Of a DNA stretch of 46,014 nucleotides, positions 26,589 to 34,651 are shown piece after piece. Where the stretch lies: positions 1 through 46,014 of the forward strand of contig NZBQ01000006.1 of NCBI GenBank assembly GCA_002688105.1, read 5' to 3'. The notes under the pieces are model-generated. The model worked only from the letters and a program-made list of their open reading frames with translations, ran no database searches and was not told where the DNA came from. Position numbers and translations under genes: made by a program. Source of the DNA: Dehalococcoidales bacterium. GTDB taxonomy: Bacteria > Chloroflexota > Dehalococcoidia > Dehalococcoidales > GCA-2688105. Positions within the stretch are counted from its first letter, which is position 1. The number at the start of each line of letters is the position of its first letter.

Positions 26589-27512
26589 TCAAGCTCTCCC
26601 TATCTCCAGCATCTTATCCACCGCCGTCTTTGCCTTAAGGCGAATCTCTTCAGGGACTTTAACCTCGTGAGTCATATCCTGCAAAGACCATAAGACTTTC
26701 TCCAAGGTGATTAGCTTCATATTGGGGCAGATTGCCTTTCCCGAGGTATGGATAAATTTCTTGTCCGGGTTTTCCTTACTAAGCCGATGCAGTAACCCAA
26801 TCTCCGTGACCACAATTATCTCTTGGGCTTCTGCCTGCTGGGCAAATCGGCACATCCCACTAGTGCTCAGGACTTCGTCAGCGAGGGCAATCACCTCCGG
26901 TGTACATTCTGGATGAACTATCACCTTGGCTTGTGGGTATCCCAGTTTCAGCTTAGTGATATCCTGCGGCTGAATCTTGACATGAGTCGGGCAATATCCA
27001 GGCCAGAGTATCAACTTCTTATCGGTCTTAGTGGAGATATAGTGCCCCAGGTATTGGTCAGGAACGAACAGTATCTCCTTGGCATCCAGGCTTTCTATAA
27101 CTTTAACCGCATTAGCTGAGGTGCAACAAACATCAGATTCCGCTTTTACATCTGCTGAAGAGTTAATGTAGCAGACTACGGGAATACCGGGGAACTCCCT
27201 CTTTCTCTTTATTAGCCCTTCAGCGGTTATCATATTCGCCATAAGGCAGCCAGCATTGAGGTCAGGAAGTAGGACGGTTCTATCTGGGCAGAGAATAGAG
27301 GCGGTCTCTGCCATGAAGTGGACTCCGCAGAACACTATAACATCAGCATCGGTTTTGGTTGCCTGTTGGCTTAGCCCCAAGGAATCACCAACAAAGTCAG
27401 CTATATCCTGAATCTCACCCAGTTGATAGTTATGCGACAGAATAACAGCATTTTTTCTTTCTTTAAGGCTTATGATATTTTCTATTAGTTCGGCATCCTT
27501 ATTTTCCATCAC
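26589..27512 (-). CDS. nadA: Quinolinate synthase
   Basis: 307 aa with 'AVILSHNYQLGEIQDIADFVGDSL', 'VHFMAETA' and 'HPEC'. The start overlaps the fdhD stop by 14 nt. Confidence 0.95.
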   Translation of the reverse strand: MMENKDAELIENIISLKERKNAVILSHNYQLGEIQDIADFVGDSLGLSQQATKTDADVIVFCGVHFMAETASILCPDRTVLLPDLNAGCLMANMITAEGLIKRKREFPGIPVVCYINSSADVKAESDVCCTSANAVKVIESLDAKEILFVPDQYLGHYISTKTDKKLILWPGYCPTHVKIQPQDITKLKLGYPQAKVIVHPECTPEVIALADEVLSTSGMCRFAQQAEAQEIIVVTEIGLLHRLSKENPDKKFIHTSGKAICPNMKLITLEKVLWSLQDMTHEVKVPEEIRLKAKTAVDKMLEIGRA

Positions 27513-28302
27513 GTACTATCCTCCAGTCATTGGAGTAGGCATTCATCCTCTTTCCCCTGACGAAACCAAGGAGAGTTATCCCCAAATCATCGGCTAACCT
27601 CACTCCCAGGTCAGTAGGAGCAGATTTTGAAATAATAATAGTAATATTTCTTCTGGCCACCTTGAGCAATATCTCTGAGGAGATTCTGCCGCTGGTGATT
27701 ATTATACGATCGTCAGTCGGGATATTCCTTAAAAGGCACTCCCCAAAGATTCTATCAATGGCGTTGTGCCTGCCTATATCCTCACTGAAGAGCAGAATAC
27801 TTTTGGTGTCACACAGGGCAGCGCTATGAACACCACCGGTGGTTCGGAAAACATGGGAGCGATGTTGAAACTTGCCTACCAGAGTGAAGACATCTTGAGC
27901 TGGCACTTCCATTTGGGATTCTATTTTTTGACCTGTGGCATCAGTGGCGCTATAAAAAGAAGCCCCTCGGCCACATCCCGAGGTTATGAACCGCTTGAAT
28001 ATATCAACGAACTCTTTATCTTCCCCGGTTTCTACTCTCACCACACCCCTCTGGTCATCAACGGTTATCTTCTTGATTGCATCCTTACTTTTGATTAACC
28101 CCTCGGAGGAGAGGAAACCAACCGCCAAATAGTTTAGACCAGTAGGAGAGCAAAGCAGAGTTACCAGTTCCTGATTGTTCAGGATAATAGTGAGAGGTAG
28201 CTCCCTGGTTACTGTGTCCTCAGCCTCTTTCTTACCTTCCTCAGTAACACGCTTAATGGAAAGTGCCTTTACGCTGTCCATAATGTTGCCCTTTCCCGGC
28301 AT
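27499..28302 (-). CDS. fdhD: FdhD-family sulfurtransferase (formate dehydrogenase accessory protein)
   Basis: 267 aa with 'LTIILNNQELVTLLCSPTGLNYLAVGFLSSEGLI', 'TSGCG' and 'GGVHSAAL...DIGRHNAIDR'. Confidence 0.85.
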   Translation of the reverse strand: MPGKGNIMDSVKALSIKRVTEEGKKEAEDTVTRELPLTIILNNQELVTLLCSPTGLNYLAVGFLSSEGLIKSKDAIKKITVDDQRGVVRVETGEDKEFVDIFKRFITSGCGRGASFYSATDATGQKIESQMEVPAQDVFTLVGKFQHRSHVFRTTGGVHSAALCDTKSILLFSEDIGRHNAIDRIFGECLLRNIPTDDRIIITSGRISSEILLKVARRNITIIISKSAPTDLGVRLADDLGITLLGFVRGKRMNAYSNDWRIVRDGK

Positions 28303-28567
28303 TTAAGCTTGGAGATACGCTAAAGCTAGGATAACGACAGCTTTAATCCCCTTTTTATATACCCTAACTCTACCATATAGTCCAGTATACATTGAATTAC
28401 TGCTGGGTCGATATTAGTGGCTATCCGACTCTACCCATCGAGCGGGATATAAGCTCGGACTAAAGCGTAGCCACAGCCGTCCCTTCTAGTGCCCTGCCTC
28501 TGGCTCCTACAGACCGCAACTACCTTAGCCAGTATCTTTCAAACTCCTCTATTCAAGGGTAAGCAAG

Positions 28568-28765
28568 CTATCCGCCATCTACAGCTGCCTTAAACAAGAG
28601 GAGATTAAGCATCTTTTTGTCTTTACGCTCGTCCCGGATAGCCAGTTGAACGAGTTCTTCACAGGAGCGAACTATCTCGCCTTCGGCGACAATAAAGCCC
28701 AACGACGCACTGCCGAAAACAATTCTCTGCGCTTGCTCAAAGCCATCTGTAGTCAGCACAATCAC
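28568..28765 (-). CDS. Hypothetical 65-aa protein
   Basis: ORF only, with a GTG start next to 'GGAAAGG'. I recognised no family. Confidence 0.3.
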   Translation of the reverse strand: MIVLTTDGFEQAQRIVFGSASLGFIVAEGEIVRSCEELVQLAIRDERKDKKMLNLLLFKAAVDGG

Positions 28766-28848
28766 CTTTCCATAGTCTCATCAAACTAGGTTCTCCCCAG
28801 CAACTAGGAGCCGACGGATCCTAGTTTCGGCTGTCCTGGGTTCTTGTT

Positions 28849-29004
28849 TTAGACCTCTTTACTTAAAATCTTCCTTTTCAGGATTTCCCATTCACTCTTG
28901 GTCAAAACGCAGACGTTGCCCTTCTCGCCTATCTCGACATGCTCGTCAGTGATTTTGACTACGGGACAGCACGAACCCTCTCCACACAATGTGACGATTT
29001 TCAT
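28849..29004 (-). CDS. Small Cys-rich protein (51 aa), below the ORF-track size cutoff
   Basis: Hand translation gives 'MKIVTLCGEGSCCPVVKITDEHVEIGEKGNVCVLTKSEWEILKRKILSKEV'. SD GGAGGTG (complement of 29012-29018) lies 7 nt upstream of the ATG at 29004. The stop is TAA (28849-28851). Confidence 0.55.
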   Translation of the reverse strand: MKIVTLCGEGSCCPVVKITDEHVEIGEKGNVCVLTKSEWEILKRKILSKEV

Positions 29005-29137
29005 CTCTTTCACCTCCTTCCCTTACTATATATTATGCACTATTATGGAATTTTTGAAAAGCCGTAGCCTAAAGCCAAGGCTAATAGACTAACAACCGCC
29101 AGGTAAACAAGCAAAATCTTACCGCCAAATTCCTTCC

Positions 29138-29376
29138 TTAAACCAGGATAGTCCCCCAGCTAGTAATTGGCCCCACTATCAACAGAACCATGCCGGCCCC
29201 GATGTTCATTCCCTGTGATATGAAGCATGAACCAAGGGAACACTGGCTGTGGAGCAAATATACATGACGAGACCAAAGACAAGGCTGAATAGATAGCCCA
29301 AGCCTCTTTCAGATGAGATTAGAATCCTCGGAGAAAAGCTGACAGATTCTTTGCAGGAAATCCTGTTGAGGCGTAA
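29138..29376 (-). pseudogene. C-terminal remnant of a DUF318/ArsP-like permease, frameshifted
   Basis: The minus strand reads '...GLGYLFSLVFGLVMYICSTASVPLVHAS' and then hits TGA (29206-29208). The family motif continues in another frame as 'ISQGMNIGAGMVLLIVGPITSWGTILV*' (stop 29138-29140). No N-terminal part is present. Confidence 0.4.
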
Positions 29377-29635
29377 CTATATCGTCTACACTTGTAAGCT
29401 CTGCCCAGGGCAGCTAAGACCATTTAGATAATGGTGTCGCTGAAGAAACATTAGCTGTGGACAAGAGAACGCTTATTAGTATCAGTATTGTAACAAAACG
29501 ATGAATTATTTAAATTATAATAACAACTTTAAAAGCATGTTTTTGGACCTCGAATCGTCTATTACTCCATCAGCTGGAATTTCCTATTTTTACAGACGAC
29601 ATATAGGGAGTTTCTCGTGAACAATCAATCCATCA

Positions 29636-30784
29636 TTAGAACTTAAAACCTGTAGCGATATGTATCGTGCCAGTTGGAGGTGGAAGATATCCTCCCACCA
29701 GCGCCACAACTGTGGCCAAGAGCACCGCTAAAACGAGCCCTCTACTAACCCTCCCCACCCACCTTTTCTCATTTTCTCCAAGTAGCGAATAAAACTTGGC
29801 AATAGCCCACATGACCACGAGGAGAAGAACATAGGAAAGAAGATACCAGCCTAGGTTCATCTTCCACCAGCCTCCAGATAACCAAGTGATGATGTGTGAA
29901 ATTGTAAATAGGTGCGCAACGTAAATAGCTAAGGAAGCCTGGCCCATAGTACTCAAGGGACGGAATGGAAGGCTTAGCCTGCGGTTTTCCAGCCCTATGA
30001 AAAAGCGGAAAATAAGCATACTTGCACCGATAACAAGTGCTAAATACTGAATCGTGGGTGGGTAAAACAGGTCACTCCAGGTGTTCCGGATAAAGGTTGG
30101 GGGATAGGCGAATACAAAGGATAAGCCGCCGAGAACCATTAGAGCAGAGCCAACATACAGTAGTGCTGAAGCGAAAGCTTTGGGTTTTACGCGCTTGAAA
30201 CTTTCGCAAAGCTCTACTCCAATGATTGAGAAAGCAAGCCACGGACAAATAGGGAACCAACCATCGACAAACCAGTGGTTAATTATACCTGTTTGGGGCT
30301 CGACTTCTAGAATAGGCGCGCCAGATAGCAGGTAGAACCCAGTTGGAAAGTAAGTGTAACCGAGTACTTTCTGAAGAATAGGCGTTAGTATCAGAATACA
30401 TAAGGCTGTTGCTACTCGCTGATAGGATTTGAGTTTACAGGTAAGATACGCCAGCGGGATAGAAATTCCTATCAGGTATAAAACTTGTATGGACATCAGG
30501 GGATATATCTGCCAGATTACGATGTCTACGAGTATCCCCACAGAAAAAATCCACGCTCCTTTATTGAACACAAAATAACTGAAACTATGTCTGTCTGCAG
30601 TAAGTGAAACCATGAATCCACTCAGTATGATAAAGAGCGGAGCTGCTAATGAGCCAATCAGTCTGAGGACAAAGGGAGCAGGCTCTGCCAGGACGATAGC
30701 CAATAGGTTCAAAACCATCATCGTAACAATGGCGAATCCCCTTATCATATCTATGTTTCTGTTCCTTTCCAAGCAATTCATCAC
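29636..30784 (-). CDS. Polytopic membrane acyltransferase-like protein (DUF1624 / heparan-alpha-glucosaminide N-acetyltransferase-like)
   Basis: 382 aa with about 10 hydrophobic helices and the N-terminal motif 'RNRNIDMIRGFAIVTMMV'. It is divergent from the 30980 operon. Confidence 0.6.
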   Translation of the reverse strand: MMNCLERNRNIDMIRGFAIVTMMVLNLLAIVLAEPAPFVLRLIGSLAAPLFIILSGFMVSLTADRHSFSYFVFNKGAWIFSVGILVDIVIWQIYPLMSIQVLYLIGISIPLAYLTCKLKSYQRVATALCILILTPILQKVLGYTYFPTGFYLLSGAPILEVEPQTGIINHWFVDGWFPICPWLAFSIIGVELCESFKRVKPKAFASALLYVGSALMVLGGLSFVFAYPPTFIRNTWSDLFYPPTIQYLALVIGASMLIFRFFIGLENRRLSLPFRPLSTMGQASLAIYVAHLFTISHIITWLSGGWWKMNLGWYLLSYVLLLVVMWAIAKFYSLLGENEKRWVGRVSRGLVLAVLLATVVALVGGYLPPPTGTIHIATGFKF

Positions 30785-30915
30785 AGCATAGTTTACCCTC
30801 TAGCGTGAACCTTGTAAAGATCTCAGTGGTCAATACTTTTAAGACAATTTGGGGCAGGAATTAATGTACACTGGCGCTAGAACTTTGGATTTACCTCCAT
30901 TTCTCTTGGTGATAC

Positions 30916-30945
30916 TTGACTTCGCTTTACAAGAACGGCTACAAT
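30916..30945 (+). promoter_or_regulatory. Candidate promoter of the six-gene operon
   Basis: TTGACT (30916-30921), an 18-nt spacer, then TACAAT (30940-30945), about 35 nt upstream of the ATG at 30980. Confidence 0.4.
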
Positions 30946-30979
30946 TCCTTACACGCTTATAAAAGGAGGAAACGGGAAA

Positions 30980-31891
30980 ATGAAAAAATGGCTTTTAGTT
31001 CCTATAGTGGCGGTAATGCTCGGGGTAACACTACTAAGTGGATGCGCAGGCGGTTTAGCTCCCGCAGAGCTTGCTACGGCTCAAAATCGAATTACAGAGC
31101 TAGAAACAAAGGTGGCAGGGCTTGCTACGGATCAAAATCGAATTGCAGAGCTTAATGATCGAATTGCAGAGCTTAATGATCGAATTGCAGAGCTTAAGCC
31201 ACAAGTAGAGAAGCTTTCAGCAATTTCAGCCTACAGTATCTGGTATGACCAGTATTACGCAGTCGGCAACTTTATATTTGAGGATACGGAGGCCTTTAAT
31301 GGAGGGGTTGGTGCCCTTATTGCCGCCGCCGGTGACGCTGCTTCGCAAGCGGCCTGGGAGAACTATCTTGCGACTGATAGTGCTTTCAATGCTGTTGTGG
31401 CCGGATTACCCGAAGACTATGAGGCCTGGACGGAAGACCAAACTAATCAATGGACTGAGGCTTACAACACCCGCTACGCTACTTTTGGTGAGGTAGGTGT
31501 TACCCTGTACGAGGCTACTGACTATTCGGCGTCTCAAATTAGAATTTTGGAACTCGAGACGCAGGTGGCAGACCTTTCGGTGATTTCAGCCTACAATATC
31601 TGGTACGACCAGTACTACGGAATCTACAATTATACATTTGAAGATACTACCACTTTTAATTGGAAGCTGGGAACACTTATCTATGCCACTAATAACGATA
31701 CCGTAATAGGGTACTGGAATTACTATTATGCGGCTGATAGTGCCCTGAACGAGGTTCTGGCCGAATTACCCGAAGATTATGGAACCTGGACTGAAGACCA
31801 AATTAATCAGTGGTCTGAGGCTAACACTGCTCGCTCCGAGGCTCTTGGCTATGTAGGTACCTACCTATTTTATGCTATAGTTGGTTATTAG
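30980..31891 (+). CDS. Lipoprotein with coiled-coil heptads and a duplicated Trp/Tyr/Asp/Glu-rich domain
   Basis: Signal peptide plus lipobox 'VTLLSGC'. Heptads 'NRIAELNDRIAELNDRIAEL'. Two homologous domains of about 100 aa ('ISAYSIWYDQYY...LPEDYEAWTEDQTNQWTEAY' and 'ISAYNIWYDQYY...LPEDYGTWTEDQINQWSEAN'). SD AGGAGG lies upstream. Confidence 0.75.
   Translation: MKKWLLVPIVAVMLGVTLLSGCAGGLAPAELATAQNRITELETKVAGLATDQNRIAELNDRIAELNDRIAELKPQVEKLSAISAYSIWYDQYYAVGNFIFEDTEAFNGGVGALIAAAGDAASQAAWENYLATDSAFNAVVAGLPEDYEAWTEDQTNQWTEAYNTRYATFGEVGVTLYEATDYSASQIRILELETQVADLSVISAYNIWYDQYYGIYNYTFEDTTTFNWKLGTLIYATNNDTVIGYWNYYYAADSALNEVLAELPEDYGTWTEDQINQWSEANTARSEALGYVGTYLFYAIVGY
31139..31197 (+). repeat. 21-bp in-frame tandem repeat (2.8 copies) inside the lipoprotein gene
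   Basis: 'cgaattgcagagcttaatgat' occurs at 31139-31159 and 31160-31180, with a partial copy at 31181-31197. It encodes RIAELND heptads. Confidence 0.9.
31223..31876 (+). repeat. Intragenic direct duplication (two units of about 290 nt, offset 360 nt)
   Basis: 'atttcagcctacagtatctggtatgaccagtattac' (31223) pairs with 'atttcagcctacaatatctggtacgaccagtactac' (31583). 'ttacccgaagactatgaggcctggacggaagaccaaact' pairs with 'ttacccgaagattatggaacctggactgaagaccaaatt'. Confidence 0.85.
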
Positions 31892-31902
31892 GATGGGTAT
31901 GT

Positions 31903-32169
31903 ATGGCTCATACTTCCGATAATTTATATGTAGATGAAAATGGGTTTATTTTTGATTACAAGACCGGACTTACCTATAGTGTAAACTCAACAGGGGTGTT
32001 TATAGTCAGGGAATTACTGGCGGGAACTCCACCATCTGAGCTTACTCACCTCATTAAAAAGAAATATAGTATCAATCACAAAACAGCCGCCAGTGACCTC
32101 AAGGCATTTCTCCAGCAACTTTCTGATGACAACCTGTCTGTGCCTAGCGAGGTTCGAACTGATGATTGA
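31903..32169 (+). CDS. PqqD-family protein (RiPP-recognition-element-like peptide chaperone)
   Basis: 88 aa. 'FDYKTGLTYSVNSTGVFIVRELLAGTPPSELTHLIKKKYSINHKTAASDLKAFLQQLSDDNL' fits the PqqD pattern: a beta-strand, 'LN.T...IW.LLDG', then 'V..D...FL..L...GL'. Confidence 0.7.
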   Translation: MAHTSDNLYVDENGFIFDYKTGLTYSVNSTGVFIVRELLAGTPPSELTHLIKKKYSINHKTAASDLKAFLQQLSDDNLSVPSEVRTDD

Positions 32170-33250
32170 TTGTAATGTAGCCGTTAGTGGACTCAATTCA
32201 ACTGATGACCCAGGAACCGGCATTGCTGTTATTAGAAGTATCAAGGATTCAGGGCAGTGGACTGGAAAAATCATTGGGTTAGCCTATGATGCACTTGATA
32301 CTGGTTTATACGACAAGAACTTACTGGATGAAGTCTATCTCTTGCCCTATCTATTCAACAGTGAGGCACTTTGGCAGAGGCTAAAAGATATAACTCAAAA
32401 AACCAGGATTGATGTCTTAATACCACTCCTGGATTTGGAGCTGCTAAACCTGCCTATTATAGAACCCTCACTGAAAGAACTTGGTATCAACCTATTGCTT
32501 CCTCCGATACATAAAATCAAAACGCATCTTAAGCTGAACCTGGCAGATTTCTGCCAAGAAAACGGCGTTAAATACCCAAGGCAAGATGTCGTTACCCACC
32601 CTGCCTGGATAGCCTCAAGCATTCGGCAGTTAGGCACTCCGGTAGTAGTGAAGGGCGTTGTTCATGGGTCACACATAGCTTATTCCGCCGAGGAAGCCAC
32701 GATTTACTTCAACAGAATCAAACGGCGCAAAGTCTTTGCGGAAATGAGCTGGGGAATACCAGTAATAATACAAGAGTATATATGGGGTGAAGAATATAAT
32801 ATCGACTGTTTGACCGACAGAGAGGGAAAACTAATCGGCGCTGTTGCCATGCGAAAGCTGAGCGTTACTGAGAAGGGTAAGGCATGGTCCGGGGTGACAG
32901 TAAACGATGAGAAATTACTAAGTCTTAGCCAGGAAATCATACGCAAGCTCAGCTGGGTTGGCCCGATAGAACTCGAATTTGTAAAGCAGCAGGGCTCTGG
33001 CGATTATTACCTGCTGGAGATTAACCCCAGATTTGGTACCTGGATATATCTGGCGGCAAATGCCGGTCAGAATTTACCCCTAGCCGCGATTCAAATAGCC
33101 ATGGGGCAGAAGGTTGAACCCTTCCCATCTTACCAGGCAGGACTTATGTTTATTCGCTATAATCTGGATATGATATGTCCGATAGAATATATGGCAAGTC
33201 TGACGGCAACTGGTGAACTAAAGTTAAACGAAGAAAAATCAAGGAGCTAG
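32162..33250 (+). CDS. ATP-grasp ligase (carboxylate-amine ligase type)
   Basis: 'TPVVVKGVVHGSH', 'VIIQEYIWGEEYNIDCL' and 'IELEFVKQQGSGDYYLLEINPRFGTWIYL'. ATG 32162 overlaps the PqqD stop by 8 nt (ATGATTGA); the track N-terminal extension from 32093 is unlikely. Confidence 0.8.
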   Translation: MIDCNVAVSGLNSTDDPGTGIAVIRSIKDSGQWTGKIIGLAYDALDTGLYDKNLLDEVYLLPYLFNSEALWQRLKDITQKTRIDVLIPLLDLELLNLPIIEPSLKELGINLLLPPIHKIKTHLKLNLADFCQENGVKYPRQDVVTHPAWIASSIRQLGTPVVVKGVVHGSHIAYSAEEATIYFNRIKRRKVFAEMSWGIPVIIQEYIWGEEYNIDCLTDREGKLIGAVAMRKLSVTEKGKAWSGVTVNDEKLLSLSQEIIRKLSWVGPIELEFVKQQGSGDYYLLEINPRFGTWIYLAANAGQNLPLAAIQIAMGQKVEPFPSYQAGLMFIRYNLDMICPIEYMASLTATGELKLNEEKSRS

Positions 33251-33254
33251 CTAA

Positions 33255-34649
33255 ATGCACGGCAAACAGAATGAAAAGTATGAGAAGCCGACCCTAACCA
33301 AACATTACCGAGGGTTTATGAACAAGTTTGCTAGGGCTGGCTCTAGCATTCCACATGATACTATTTCTGGAGTCCCGGTAAGGGGACTCGTTGAGCAGTT
33401 TGGTTCTCCCTTGTGGGTAGTTTCCGAAGCCGACCTGCGGGAGAAATATAAAGACCTATATCGAGCCTTTAGTGCGAGATATCCTAAGGTTGCTGTTGCC
33501 TACTCATATAAAACTAATTACTTATCAGGAATTTGCGCCCTACTTCACCAGGAGGGAGCTTGGGCAGAAGTTGTCTCCGGGTTTGAGTATGATATTGCCG
33601 TAAAGCTTGGTGTTCCCGGAGACCAGATAGTCTTCAACGGACCTTACAAGACAAGGGCTGAGCTAGAGAGAGCTATCAAGCAGAAAAGTAAAATAAACAT
33701 TGACTCCTTCCAGGAGATAGATGACCTTGAGAGACTGGCTAAGGAGCTGGGCGAGGTGGTTAAGGTTGGCATCCGTGTTAATATGCAACTTCGCAAAGTT
33801 GACTGGAGCAGGTTCGGTTTCAACTTAGAGTCAGGGCAGGCGATTGATGCCTGTAAGCGGGTTGCTTCTTCAGATAATCTGAGATTATCCGGTCTCCATG
33901 TCCACATGGGTACTTTTATTCTGAATACCAAAACATACCGTGCCCTTGCCGAAAAGCTTTTAGGCTTATATATGGCAATAAAAGATACCCTGAAGGTAGA
34001 AATTGAATATCTGGATGTTGGTGGTGGGTATGCCTCAACCAATACCTTACATTACCACTGGATACCTGGTGAGTACGCTTGCCCCGCCATTGATGAATAT
34101 GCTGAAGCAATATGCTCACCATTAGTTACCGAGCTGAGAAAAATAGCTGACATGCCACTACTTATCATTGAACCCGGGCGTGCCTTAGTTGATGAAGGAA
34201 TGTATCTTATTACTACCGTCGTTTCGTTAAAAGCTCTACTAAACAATTACAAAGGTGTAGTAATTGACGCTGGAGTTAACCTATTACCTACATGTTTTTG
34301 GTACCGTTTTAATATCCGTGCTGCTGAAAGGCCAGCTAGCTTATCTGATGGCGATATGACTAATTTTGTTAATATTTATGGACCACTTTGCATGAACATA
34401 GATTGTATTCAACTCGGCACACACCTGCCATCGGTTACCGCCGGTGATATTCTGGTGATAAGTAATGTGGGGGCATACAATTTTTCACAGTCTATGCAAT
34501 TCATCAGGCCCAGACCAGCAGTCGTTATGATAACCGAGGATGGTGTGGAGTACCTGAGGCTGCCCGAAACTACCGAATATATCTGTCAATTAGAAAGGGT
34601 ACCCGGTCACCTCCTGAAAAAATTTAACTCCGTCCAAAAAGGAAGGTAG
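33255..34649 (+). CDS. PLP-dependent decarboxylase, Orn/DAP/Arg decarboxylase (alanine-racemase fold) family
   Basis: PLP-Lys motif 'VAYSYKTNY', phosphate-binding 'LDVGGGY' and 'IIEPGRALV'. SD AAGGAG lies 8 nt upstream. The gap after the ATP-grasp stop is 4 nt. Confidence 0.85.
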   Translation: MHGKQNEKYEKPTLTKHYRGFMNKFARAGSSIPHDTISGVPVRGLVEQFGSPLWVVSEADLREKYKDLYRAFSARYPKVAVAYSYKTNYLSGICALLHQEGAWAEVVSGFEYDIAVKLGVPGDQIVFNGPYKTRAELERAIKQKSKINIDSFQEIDDLERLAKELGEVVKVGIRVNMQLRKVDWSRFGFNLESGQAIDACKRVASSDNLRLSGLHVHMGTFILNTKTYRALAEKLLGLYMAIKDTLKVEIEYLDVGGGYASTNTLHYHWIPGEYACPAIDEYAEAICSPLVTELRKIADMPLLIIEPGRALVDEGMYLITTVVSLKALLNNYKGVVIDAGVNLLPTCFWYRFNIRAAERPASLSDGDMTNFVNIYGPLCMNIDCIQLGTHLPSVTAGDILVISNVGAYNFSQSMQFIRPRPAVVMITEDGVEYLRLPETTEYICQLERVPGHLLKKFNSVQKGR

Positions 34650-34651
34650 CT

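Noticed and set aside
28303-28567. The 265-nt ORF-free leader upstream of fdhD-nadA as a Moco (molybdenum cofactor) riboswitch.
   Set aside because: I could not find the conserved Moco-motif core by eye on the minus strand, only a short 'cgagc/gctcg' hairpin. It would need cmsearch with the Rfam Moco model.
30864-30962. 32-aa ORF ('MYTGARTLDLPPFLLVILDFALQERLQFLTRL') ending at the SD of the lipoprotein gene, considered as a RiPP precursor for the PqqD/ATP-grasp pair.
   Set aside because: Its SD is weak (AGGA) and it overlaps the best promoter candidate (30916-30945), so it may not be on the operon transcript. It has no acidic or Ser/Thr-rich core typical of ATP-grasp substrates. It is kept only as something to test.
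30916-31496. Track ORFs 30916-31155 and 31245-31496 overlapping the lipoprotein gene in other frames.
   Set aside because: They are out of frame with a gene that has an SD, signal peptide, lipobox and internal protein-level repeats. Their translations are Arg-rich and low-complexity.
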